A stretch of DNA of 64,000 nucleotides from a virus, in IMG/VR virus record IMGVR_UViG_3300010165_000001, positions 32,001 through 96,000 of that record. One strand, written 5' to 3'. Shown one piece after another: positions 24,425 to 32,752 of this stretch (its first letter is position 1; the number at the start of each line of letters is the position of its first letter). Below the pieces are notes generated by a model. It was not told the DNA's origin. It made no database searches and saw only the letters and a list, made by a program, of their open reading frames with translations. The position numbers were made by a program, and so were the translations under genes.

Positions 24425-25594
24425 TTATAGTCCAATATTCCCTAGAATATCGTCTACACTCTTCATTTTGTTCTGTGATTGCTGTTCTTGAGGAATATTA
24501 GGTTGTTCTTGTTGTTGTTGTGCTTGTTGTTGTTGTTGTGTATTGAATGGTACTTGTGAGTCATCTACACTACCTGTACCCACACCAGACCATGGATTAC
24601 CTTGTTCTGGTTGTGATTGTTGTTGAGCTAAGTTATTCCAATCAACATTACCTTGTTGAGTAGATTGAGACTGTTGAACAGGCTGTTGTTGCTCTACAGG
24701 TTGACTTTGAGTTGGAGCTCCTAAGTTTGAAGGCATTTGATTATCGATTTGTTGCTGTGAAGGTGATTGTCCTCCAGATTGACCTTGACTTGGTGCTGTA
24801 TTACCATCATCTTCAAAATCAAAGTTCTTGATTGATTTATCTGTACCATTAATACTGTTGATTACAAAGTTTACAAAACCTGGTGAACTTTCCTCTGTTG
24901 GTTCAGCCATTTTTTGAATGTCACTTGTTAAGTTTTCCCATCCTTGTGGTAATTGACCTAAATCTTGACGTTGGTAAACTTCTGCTTTATAACTTGTATC
25001 TGTTCCTTGACCTGTACGATATAGTTTAACTGCAAAGGCATGGTTTTCTGAGATAAAATTTAAGTTAGAATCTTGTGTTGGCATTAAGTTTTCATCTTGT
25101 AACTTAACTGATAAGTCGTCAAATAATGTTTTTGTTAATTCCATAGGTGCTACAAGAACATTACCCATAGGGTCTACTTGATATTGGAATTGACCTTGAT
25201 TAGATACTAATGGGATTACGTTTACTAAATAACGTTGTGCAGGGTTTGTATTATAGTCATTAATCTTAACGTTATTATTCTTCCAGTTAGAAATAAATGA
25301 ATCTAATACTGATTCTCCCATAGTGAATGGTAATGTGAATGGTGAACTTGTAGCTGTTCCATCACCTTTAACATAGTTTAAGAAAATACTACGGAATTTA
25401 CTAAAGAATTGAAGACCTTCTGTATCTTCTTGTGTTTTAACTCCTGGTAATACACGTACAATAATCTCAGGGTTTTGTTTATTTAAACGAATTGTTTTAT
25501 TCTTTGGTTGGTATCTCTCTTGTTGGTTATTATTGAAATTACTCTCTGTACTTTGTTGTTCTTGTGATAAAAAATTACTAAATGAATTCATCAT
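24425..25594 (-). CDS. putative ssDNA-binding protein (gp32-like) with long Q-rich linker (389 aa)
   Basis: Sits between the mediator-like and RecA-like genes. About 110 aa of Q/P/S low complexity, then an acidic C-terminal tip DDILGNIGL. The fold assignment is inference. Confidence 0.45.
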   Translation of the reverse strand: MMNSFSNFLSQEQQSTESNFNNNQQERYQPKNKTIRLNKQNPEIIVRVLPGVKTQEDTEGLQFFSKFRSIFLNYVKGDGTATSSPFTLPFTMGESVLDSFISNWKNNNVKINDYNTNPAQRYLVNVIPLVSNQGQFQYQVDPMGNVLVAPMELTKTLFDDLSVKLQDENLMPTQDSNLNFISENHAFAVKLYRTGQGTDTSYKAEVYQRQDLGQLPQGWENLTSDIQKMAEPTEESSPGFVNFVINSINGTDKSIKNFDFEDDGNTAPSQGQSGGQSPSQQQIDNQMPSNLGAPTQSQPVEQQQPVQQSQSTQQGNVDWNNLAQQQSQPEQGNPWSGVGTGSVDDSQVPFNTQQQQQAQQQQEQPNIPQEQQSQNKMKSVDDILGNIGL

Positions 25595-25611
25595 ATTTAT
25601 TCCTCTCCTAA

Positions 25612-26097
25612 TTAATATTGTAGTGGACTTGTAATACCACCATTTTTATTTGTTTTTCTTTGTTCAGCACCTAAGTGTGTTAGAGCATTTACCCTTTGCT
25701 CGAAAGCTTTGACTATATAATTTAATTGTTTAGTCTTATAAGACCAATCCTCTACAATGTTTAATTGATTCTGATAGTTTTGATTAATAAACACATCAGC
25801 CTCAATCATATCTTTTGTAGGCTTTTCACCTTTTTGCTTATAGGCTTGTCTAACTGTTAAGTTTAACTGACTACCTATGGTTTCTAACTTTCTTTGCTCT
25901 GCTTCATAATATCGTCTTACAATTTCTAATAATGAAGCCCAATAAGCATACTTGCCTGACTGCTTCATAAACTCTTCGTTGATATTATTCTCATCAATCA
26001 TTAATTCATCATTAATGTTAAGATTTTCCCTATTACCATTCTTATCAATGATTGTAAAAGTATCAAAATCTAAACTATCAACATAAATTTCCATCAA
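25612..26097 (-). CDS. hypothetical protein, possible UvsY-like recombination mediator (161 aa)
   Basis: Sits upstream of the SSB-like and RecA-like genes. KYAYWASLLEIVRRYYEAEQRKLE loosely resembles the UvsY helix. Weak support. Confidence 0.3.
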   Translation of the reverse strand: MMEIYVDSLDFDTFTIIDKNGNRENLNINDELMIDENNINEEFMKQSGKYAYWASLLEIVRRYYEAEQRKLETIGSQLNLTVRQAYKQKGEKPTKDMIEADVFINQNYQNQLNIVEDWSYKTKQLNYIVKAFEQRVNALTHLGAEQRKTNKNGGITSPLQY

Positions 26098-26122
26098 ATT
26101 CCTCCTTTCCAGTTACCTATCT

Positions 26123-26151
26123 ATTATAACATCTGTTTCCATTCTTGTCAA
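26123..26151 (-). promoter_or_regulatory. perfect consensus sigma-A promoter
   Basis: TTGACA (26151..26146), 17 nt, TGt-TATAAT (26128..26123). The -35 overlaps the upstream stop codon. Confidence 0.85.
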
Positions 26152-26741
26152 GCTCGATATTTCATACACATAAAGAAACATATAATAATTAAGATTAGAT
26201 TAACTACTTCTGTTATAATAACATGTATATAAGCATTTGTCAATAACAAATTAAGTATTAAAAATAATATAGCCATTCCTAAAATAAAGTATAGTAAAGG
26301 GCTTGTACCTACTGCTGTTTTCCTTACTACAAATCTAATTATCTGGTCTACATATGCTAAAATAATTGTTATTGTCGCTATAGACTGTAAACTGCTTAGT
26401 GAAATATCAAATACAAAGTAAACCATTAAGTTTATTACTATATATAGTATTGTATATAATATTCCGATTGCTTGGTATCTTAATATATTCTTCCAAGCTA
26501 ACATAATTAAAGCTAAAAACATATTACAACCTACTACAACAATATTTACAATATCTGCTCCTGTGATAATTAAAGTGTAGAAACTAAATGAAACTGTAGT
26601 TAATACCAGTTCCCAAAATAATTGTGATACTCCTTCTACGCTCTTATCTATATACATAGCTCTTAATCCAGGAAGATAGCCTACAATGTATAGTATCCCA
26701 GATAAAAAGAATAATATCCATGCTAGTGCTTCTATGTTCAT
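26148..26741 (-). CDS. 7-TM membrane protein with two PQ-loop-like repeats (197 aa)
   Basis: 3+1+3 TM layout. YLPGLRAMYIDKSVEGVS after TM1 and DQIIRFVVRKTAVGTS after TM5 resemble PQ-loop motifs (PQxxxxxKSxxGxS). Confidence 0.5.
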   Translation of the reverse strand: MNIEALAWILFFLSGILYIVGYLPGLRAMYIDKSVEGVSQLFWELVLTTVSFSFYTLIITGADIVNIVVVGCNMFLALIMLAWKNILRYQAIGILYTILYIVINLMVYFVFDISLSSLQSIATITIILAYVDQIIRFVVRKTAVGTSPLLYFILGMAILFLILNLLLTNAYIHVIITEVVNLILIIICFFMCMKYRA

Positions 26742-27046
26742 TGTTCTTTAATCCTTACTTCTTTTATTTTTAAACTATGATATTTCGTTTCTATTGTATC
26801 TTCCAGTATTCCATTAAAGATTACATCACTACTTATAATTAATGAAGAATGTTCTCCTGTGATAATTAGCTCAATATTACTATTATCTAATTTATTAGTA
26901 TGTTCTATAACAAGTTCATACCCTATTTTTCCTTTACTTTCCAATTCTAAAAATTTGTACATATCAATATTATGTTTTTCAAGATAATCTATTCTTGATT
27001 TTTTCGATAACTTAGAAAACACTCTAGGTTCTTGTTCTCTTGCCAT
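26738..27046 (-). CDS. hypothetical protein (102 aa)
   Basis: ATGA-coupled on both sides. Confidence 0.65.
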   Translation of the reverse strand: MAREQEPRVFSKLSKKSRIDYLEKHNIDMYKFLELESKGKIGYELVIEHTNKLDNSNIELIITGEHSSLIISSDVIFNGILEDTIETKYHSLKIKEVRIKEQ

Positions 27047-27645
27047 TACGTATTACTCCCTAATTTTTCTAATCTCTTTAAAACTTCTTCCCAAGAGATA
27101 AATCCCTCTCCATTGGTCAATGACAAAATCATGCCATAGATAAATTGGTTCGTACTAAATTCAGCTCTATCAGGGTCATTGTAAGGTTTACCATGCCCTT
27201 GACGAATATCTGAACAATAAATTAAAACAGGTTTATTTACAATATCTACAGCTAATCTATAAGCATCATTAAGATGTTCGTCAGATATAACACTATTATT
27301 ATCTACAGTATGCTTAGCTTTATTGATAGTTTGTTGTGCTTGGTGTTTCATACCTAATAAGATACCTAGCTCTGCAATTGTCCCTAATCCTTCATTAAGA
27401 ATATCAAATACAAAAATATCTGATTCTTGCATAGCTTTAAAATCGTTACTTAAGATACGTTCCGCTAACTTAGTTTGTTCTGCGTTAGCTTTATCATTAA
27501 TTGATTTATCTTTATGAGGACTATAAGGAGTTACTCCTATAATGCCTTCTACTTGTTTATGTTGTTTGTCTCTATAATCTACCATAGCTTGGTTAAGTAG
27601 ATGACCTCCTAGATAACAAACTTTATCTTTAATATAATTAGTCAT
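27046..27645 (-). CDS. nucleoside 2-deoxyribosyltransferase-like protein (199 aa)
   Basis: CYLGGHL.., SDIFVFDILNEGLGTIAELGILLG matches the family's D..(D/E)xGTxxExG core. Confidence 0.65.
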   Translation of the reverse strand: MTNYIKDKVCYLGGHLLNQAMVDYRDKQHKQVEGIIGVTPYSPHKDKSINDKANAEQTKLAERILSNDFKAMQESDIFVFDILNEGLGTIAELGILLGMKHQAQQTINKAKHTVDNNSVISDEHLNDAYRLAVDIVNKPVLIYCSDIRQGHGKPYNDPDRAEFSTNQFIYGMILSLTNGEGFISWEEVLKRLEKLGSNT

Positions 27646-27660
27646 TTATCTTTTCTCCTT

Positions 27661-27840
27661 TTAACTTAATAATGTTATCATAGAACCTATAATTAATACT
27701 CCAACCATACATACTACTGATTGAGTTAAATACATACTACTTGTAATTTCATTTCCATTTTTAGCTTCTTTAATAGAAAGAAAACTGTATACTAATTGGA
27801 ATACAAATAAAGCAATCAAAAACATAAAAGCTACTGTCAT
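27661..27840 (-). CDS. 59-aa two-TM peptide (below cutoff)
   Basis: TAATG overlap with the upstream stop. GGAGGA RBS 6 nt upstream. Confidence 0.5.
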   Translation of the reverse strand: MTVAFMFLIALFVFQLVYSFLSIKEAKNGNEITSSMYLTQSVVCMVGVLIIGSMITLLS

Positions 27841-28061
27841 TATTTATCCTCCTTTTTATTTACAATTGCTAAAAGAATAATACTCACACTAGCTAAAAAT
27901 GCTAGTACAATTAAACCTGGTAGGTTTAGTACTGTAGATAAGAATAGTGATAAAGCACTTACTACGTATACTAAACCACATAATACAATTGTAAGTAATA
28001 CAATCGTTACCATTTTAATAAACCAGTTACTATTTAAAAATACATTAGCTAAGTAATTCAT
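27840..28061 (-). CDS. small membrane protein (73 aa)
   Basis: Two TM helices and a charged C-terminus KKEDK. Confidence 0.65.
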   Translation of the reverse strand: MNYLANVFLNSNWFIKMVTIVLLTIVLCGLVYVVSALSLFLSTVLNLPGLIVLAFLASVSIILLAIVNKKEDK

Positions 28062-28072
28062 TTATAGTCATC

Positions 28073-28195
28073 CTATATAATCATCGCCAGCCTCTTGACT
28101 AATTTCGTATTCCCTTTCAATATCTTCTTCTGATTTACCTTGTAATCTTCTGCAACTTCACCATATTCATCAAATAAAAAATCTAAAAGTCCCAT
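28073..28195 (-). CDS. candidate 40-aa peptide
   Basis: TAATG overlap with GGAGG 7 nt upstream. See the rejected frameshift idea. Confidence 0.35.
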   Translation of the reverse strand: MGLLDFLFDEYGEVAEDYKVNQKKILKGNTKLVKRLAMII

Positions 28196-28446
28196 TATAA
28201 AACCTCCTCAAAGTCGTAGTCTAAAGCATCTAATACTTCTGTTAATATTAAGTGTTCTTGGTCTAAGCTAACTGTTGTTGTTTTTAAATCATTATCTAAA
28301 ATCTCTGCGTAATAATCTTCTACAAAATCCATTGTAATTGAATGTCCTTCCGAATCCTCAACAGTATAATACCCTTGACTTCCATCTACTTCTAATCCTT
28401 CGTTTTCTAATACTTCAATAATACGGTTTTGTTTTTCTGTAATCAT
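28195..28446 (-). CDS. highly acidic small protein (83 aa; 23 D/E vs 3 K/R)
   Basis: AAAGGAGAG RBS. First gene after a consensus promoter. Confidence 0.7.
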   Translation of the reverse strand: MITEKQNRIIEVLENEGLEVDGSQGYYTVEDSEGHSITMDFVEDYYAEILDNDLKTTTVSLDQEHLILTEVLDALDYDFEEVL

Positions 28447-28475
28447 TTAAATCTCTCCTTTAATTTTATATATTA

Positions 28476-28504
28476 ATTGTACCACGACTCAAAAGTAATG
28501 TCAA
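28476..28504 (-). promoter_or_regulatory. sigma-A promoter (extended -10)
   Basis: TTGACA (28504..28499), 17 nt, TGg-TACAAT (28481..28476). Confidence 0.8.
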
Positions 28505-28517
28505 TCATTATTTTAAA

Positions 28518-28646
28518 TTATTTTCCACCTTCTTCTGAAAATCTACTTAGTTCTTCAATTTGAGCTTTAAGCTCTTTGTTTTCTTTTCTTAGTTCCTCAT
28601 TCTCTTTGATTAGTGCTTCTTGATAATCTGTATCGTATTTATTCAT
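28518..28646 (-). CDS. candidate 42-aa coiled-coil peptide
   Basis: GGGGAGA RBS 6 nt before the ATG. Sequence MNKYDTDYQEALIKENEELRKENKELKAQIEELSRFSEEGGK. Confidence 0.4.
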   Translation of the reverse strand: MNKYDTDYQEALIKENEELRKENKELKAQIEELSRFSEEGGK

Positions 28647-28658
28647 TTATATCTCCCC

Positions 28659-29171
28659 TTAATCAAATTTTCTCCATTCTTTAATAAAATCTTTATATTC
28701 TTTATCTTCGTGTTCCCAAGTTAAAGTAATCTCACCATCAATATCTCTGTAAAGTTTAGCTTCTATATTACTTGAGTCATAGTATCTACGATAATCCAAA
28801 TCCCTTTTCTTTTCATTTTCATTGAATTCTTCTACATAACCCTTAAGTGTTGTTAATATAGATTTATTAATATTTTCATTTGATTCTAATTCTAGTTTTC
28901 GTTTAGGGACGGAAACATAACTTGCCCAACCTACATAGATAGGTAGTATTGTATAATCTTTATACCCTTTCATATCTAAATTAACAAGTACGTAAACTTG
29001 GAATGGATAAAATTCATCTTCATAATCCTCCCAAATCTCATGAACTTTATCTACAATTGGTTTAGGTTCTTCATTTTCTTTTTGCCTAACAACAAGTCTC
29101 TCAAAGTCTCTGAATGGGCTCGTAATGAGCAATTCATTACCATATACTTTTAAGTCTTCAAAGTTAATCAT
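28659..29171 (-). CDS. hypothetical protein (170 aa)
   Basis: ATGA/TAATG-type coupling to the upstream gene. Confidence 0.7.
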   Translation of the reverse strand: MINFEDLKVYGNELLITSPFRDFERLVVRQKENEEPKPIVDKVHEIWEDYEDEFYPFQVYVLVNLDMKGYKDYTILPIYVGWASYVSVPKRKLELESNENINKSILTTLKGYVEEFNENEKKRDLDYRRYYDSSNIEAKLYRDIDGEITLTWEHEDKEYKDFIKEWRKFD

Positions 29172-29533
29172 TACAATTCCTCCAATACAGTATTAAGAGT
29201 TTCAAAGAATTCTTCTTCTTGTTTACGTTCATTTAATATATAATCTGATTCTTTTTTAACTTCTTCTTTAATATATTCTACTAACTCTTTAAGTCCTCTT
29301 AGTTCTTTACTATTCACTACAAAATTATAATCACTTATATGGTAAACATCTATATCTACTTTTCTTAAACTTCCTGGAGTATTGTCTGCAAATCCCATAT
29401 ACAAGTATGGTATAGATACATGAAAGTCTATAACTTCCATTTTTTTTCTCACGTTATATAATTCAAATATTCCGATTGTTAATTTTTCTTTGTTTTCTTT
29501 AGACAAAAAATATTTTTCTAATAAATCAATCAT
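29171..29533 (-). CDS. hypothetical protein (120 aa)
   Basis: AAAGGAGGAGA RBS. Confidence 0.7.
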   Translation of the reverse strand: MIDLLEKYFLSKENKEKLTIGIFELYNVRKKMEVIDFHVSIPYLYMGFADNTPGSLRKVDIDVYHISDYNFVVNSKELRGLKELVEYIKEEVKKESDYILNERKQEEEFFETLNTVLEEL

Positions 29534-29560
29534 ATTATCTCCTCCTTTATTTCTAATACA

Positions 29561-29589
29561 AGTATATAATAAAAGGAAACCTAAGTCAA
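29561..29589 (-). promoter_or_regulatory. sigma-A promoter nested in a terminator
   Basis: TTGACT (29589..29584, in the hairpin loop), 17 nt, TATACT (29566..29561). Confidence 0.75.
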
Positions 29590-29599
29590 TAGGTTTCCT
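29571..29599 (-). terminator. terminator after the DNA polymerase gene
   Basis: AGGAAACCT-ATTGACTT-AGGTTTCCT (9 bp), then TTTTATTAT. Confidence 0.65.
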
Positions 29600-29608
29600 A
29601 AACTTTTT

Positions 29609-32600
29609 TTAAATTTCTTGATATAAATGTTTCTGTTCTTCCACTTGACTAATTGCTTCTTTATATTGCTCTTCATTAATTTTCTTAGATTCAAAGTAAT
29701 CACTTAATTTATCTAATGCTAAATGATATTTAATGTATCCTTGATAGGATTTAAAAGTTTCTATCTCTTCTTCATCATATTCAACAGCATCATTATAGTT
29801 AAATCCTATTTCCATATCTGCATCTATAGGGTATCTTATCTTTTCTCCTTTATAGTCTACAAATAAGAAATCAAAAGGTAAATTCTCCATACAAGTAAGA
29901 ATAACTTTAGACATTGTTTTAACTTCTTCTGGAGGGCAATCTACAACTATACTATCATGTACTGTAGCTACTAATTTACTTCTCATATTTCTTGTTTGAA
30001 TATATTCATCTATATATGTTATTGCCATATTAGTAAAGTAAGCTCCCCCACCTTGAATAACTGTATTAAATGATTGTCTTAAAGCTTCATTCTTTTTCTT
30101 TCTATCTGTACTTTGAGCATCTGCTAAAAATCTTCTATGTCCATTCATTGTTTCTACATAACCATTTTCCTGAACAAAATTATGAACATCATCTATAGAT
30201 TGTTTAACTTTAGGTTTAGTAGCATAATATTTATTAAATATATCTTCTGCTTCATCTACAGTCATATTATTTTTCCCTGCAAACGATTGCGGTGTTTCCC
30301 CATAAGCTAAACCGAAGTTAACAGCTTTACTAGCTTGTCTTTCTTCTTTAGTTACTTCATCTACAGGTTTTTTATACATAATACTTGCAGTAGCTTTATG
30401 AATATCTTCCCCATTTAAAAATGACTCTAACATATTTTCATCTTTAGTATATAGTCCTATAACCCTCATTTCAAGAGAACTATAGTCTGCCATTAGATAA
30501 ATACCATCTTTAAATCTAGATGTATAAGAACGTTTAATTGGGTGCCAATAATCAAAATCACTAACGTTATTTGTATGTGCAGGTTGGTTTTGAAGATTCG
30601 GATTATTACTTGAAAGTCTAGAAGAGGCAGTACCTGTTTCGTTAAAGTTACCATGAACATTACCTGTCTGAGGATTAACTATTTTAGGTAACTTCTTAGT
30701 GAAACTATTTCTCTTAGTTTGAAGACTTGCATAATACTGTAATAATTCAACAAACTCTTTTGTACCTTCATTTACATCTAATTCACCTAAAATATATTTT
30801 AAAGCATTTTTATCAGTTTTATAGTCTGACCAAGATAATTCACTTTCTGGAATATTTGCATTGAAAGGTTTATCTTTTACATACTGTTTGTCATAAGGTA
30901 AATGTAATCCTAAAATATCGTAAAGTATTTCACCTTTATGTTCTCCTGAGCTTGGACTAAACTTCCATCCTCCATCTTTAAACTTAGTTCTATATTCAGC
31001 TAACTCTTTATCTCTATCTTTAGGTGGTTTATTCTCAAATTCTTCTAAACCTTTTTCAAAGAGATTATATCTTATTTCTTCAAACTCAAGTACCGCCCAA
31101 TGTTTTCTCATTTCTTCGTGAGTCTTTTCCATTTCTTCTCTATAAGCCTTATCATTATTTTCCATATAGTCTAGGTCTGTATGGAACCCATTACTTTGTA
31201 TTCTGGCTAATGTTCTTGTTAGTCTTGGGTAATCTTCCTTTAGAAGCCTAAGAACTTTAGGTCTATCTTGCTTCTCTAACTTTCTTAATACTTCACAATA
31301 AATTCTTCGACAAACATCAACGTCTCCACTAGCGTAAGGGTGCATTAGTTCTACAGGGAACCAATCATAACTAAATTTACCTCCATCTACTTCATTAATA
31401 ACATTCTTCTGTTCTCTGAATTTATTAATTAAGTTAATAGCTGTAGTTATTGTGTATTCCTTACCTTTATCAGATAAGTTCATATACTCTTCTGATTCTT
31501 CTAACACATTTTGATTAATGTGTTCTTTTGTTACAACTTCTGGGTTAAGATTTAAGTTAGTGTATTGTTCTTCTAAATCTTTAGTGAAATCAATATTGTC
31601 TTCTATCCACTTCTTATACTCATTCGCTTTAATGCCATATTCTTTTTTAGCTATCTTCTTGTTTTCTTTCTGTATCTCTTTCATTTCTTTATCTAATTCT
31701 TTTAAGAGTTTTGTAATAAACCATACTTTAAAGTTTTCTAATGGCTCATCATACCCTCCCATATCAGTGGCTTCATAAGCTAAATTTGTAAGCCTTAAAG
31801 ACTCACTTGCTTCTTGAGATACTGCTAAATACCAACCTACCTTAGTATCTTCATTACTTTCAAAATCTGTAAATCCTTCAGTAGTCATAAGGAAGTTAAT
31901 ATCATATCTACCGTTATGAAGGACTTTTACATCTTGATTATTAGCTAACCATTCTTTCATTAAACTTAACACTTCATCAATATCTTGTTGTCCATTAGCC
32001 CACTCAAAATCTGATTTGTATAAAGGTATTGTTACTCCTTGACCATTCTTCCAACTTAGAGATGTTACTAGAGCTTTACTTCCTTCTAAGTCTGGTCTTA
32101 ATGAATTGGTTTCTAAATCCCATGCAGTTATATCTACACCATCATTCTCATCTTGTTTAACTTCTTTAGTAAATATTTCTCTTACTCTTTCAATATTATC
32201 TACAAACTCATATTTAACTTCTTTAGGTTTAAAGACTTCTTCACCGTTTTGTACGTATCTTTCTAATATGTCCATATCAGCTAAGACTTGTCTTTCACTG
32301 TTTTTATTTACATTTGTGTATTCAATACTGTATGTTGGTAGTACCCAAGTAGAAACTTCCCCTATATCTATCTTTTTAGGAACCCCTCTAACAGAACCTA
32401 ACTTAGTTACATTCAATAACATCTTAATACCTAATTTACCTGTAGGTACTATAATATCTGGTTTAATTTCTTCTATTCTAGCTTTAAGTTCTTCCATGAA
32501 AGGTTTAGCTTCTGTTAGCTTTACATCTTCATATTTGATAACCTTACCATAGTTATTGTAAATAGGTTGAGGAATTTGATTATATACATAGTCAAATACA

Positions 32601-32752
32601 TAGTCTTTACGTTGTCCATCTCTTCTTAAACTTGTTGTTGATTCTATAACTTGTTTAAATGTTTTACCATTCTGTGTTTGCAAGTATTTCCAATGTCCAT
32701 TATTGTCGTAATGGTCTATTCTAATAAAGTCTAATAAAAATAAAACTTTCAT
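29609..32752 (-). CDS. family A DNA polymerase with 3'-5' exonuclease and N-terminal UDG-like domain (1047 aa)
   Basis: Exo motifs DITAWDLETNSL, HNGRYDINFL and YASGDVDV. Pol motif A is LMADYSSLEMRV, motif B is RQASKAVNFGLAYG and motif C is VATVHDSIVVD. Confidence 0.95.
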   Translation of the reverse strand: MKVLFLLDFIRIDHYDNNGHWKYLQTQNGKTFKQVIESTTSLRRDGQRKDYVFDYVYNQIPQPIYNNYGKVIKYEDVKLTEAKPFMEELKARIEEIKPDIIVPTGKLGIKMLLNVTKLGSVRGVPKKIDIGEVSTWVLPTYSIEYTNVNKNSERQVLADMDILERYVQNGEEVFKPKEVKYEFVDNIERVREIFTKEVKQDENDGVDITAWDLETNSLRPDLEGSKALVTSLSWKNGQGVTIPLYKSDFEWANGQQDIDEVLSLMKEWLANNQDVKVLHNGRYDINFLMTTEGFTDFESNEDTKVGWYLAVSQEASESLRLTNLAYEATDMGGYDEPLENFKVWFITKLLKELDKEMKEIQKENKKIAKKEYGIKANEYKKWIEDNIDFTKDLEEQYTNLNLNPEVVTKEHINQNVLEESEEYMNLSDKGKEYTITTAINLINKFREQKNVINEVDGGKFSYDWFPVELMHPYASGDVDVCRRIYCEVLRKLEKQDRPKVLRLLKEDYPRLTRTLARIQSNGFHTDLDYMENNDKAYREEMEKTHEEMRKHWAVLEFEEIRYNLFEKGLEEFENKPPKDRDKELAEYRTKFKDGGWKFSPSSGEHKGEILYDILGLHLPYDKQYVKDKPFNANIPESELSWSDYKTDKNALKYILGELDVNEGTKEFVELLQYYASLQTKRNSFTKKLPKIVNPQTGNVHGNFNETGTASSRLSSNNPNLQNQPAHTNNVSDFDYWHPIKRSYTSRFKDGIYLMADYSSLEMRVIGLYTKDENMLESFLNGEDIHKATASIMYKKPVDEVTKEERQASKAVNFGLAYGETPQSFAGKNNMTVDEAEDIFNKYYATKPKVKQSIDDVHNFVQENGYVETMNGHRRFLADAQSTDRKKKNEALRQSFNTVIQGGGAYFTNMAITYIDEYIQTRNMRSKLVATVHDSIVVDCPPEEVKTMSKVILTCMENLPFDFLFVDYKGEKIRYPIDADMEIGFNYNDAVEYDEEEIETFKSYQGYIKYHLALDKLSDYFESKKINEEQYKEAISQVEEQKHLYQEI

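Noticed and set aside
24470-24802. ttgttgttg-type tandem tracts that might look like a repeat array.
   Set aside because: They are in-frame glutamine codons of the SSB-like gene, not a CRISPR or satellite array. No spacer-repeat periodicity was seen anywhere in the window.
28068-28195. Possible -1 frameshift in the 40-aa ORF. The alternative frame reads ..LQGKSEEDIEREYEISQEAGDDYIG and ends nearer the next gene.
   Set aside because: There is no slippery heptamer or homopolymer at the putative shift site and no start codon in the alternative frame. It cannot be distinguished from chance without proteomic or read-level data.
32106-32552. Plus-strand ORFs in the track (for example 32106..32552, 19882..20277, 38120..38473, 50194..50553 and 822..1130).
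   Set aside because: All lie antisense inside well-supported minus-strand genes. They lack RBSs and encode S/L/F/I-rich low-complexity sequences typical of shadow ORFs in AT-rich DNA.
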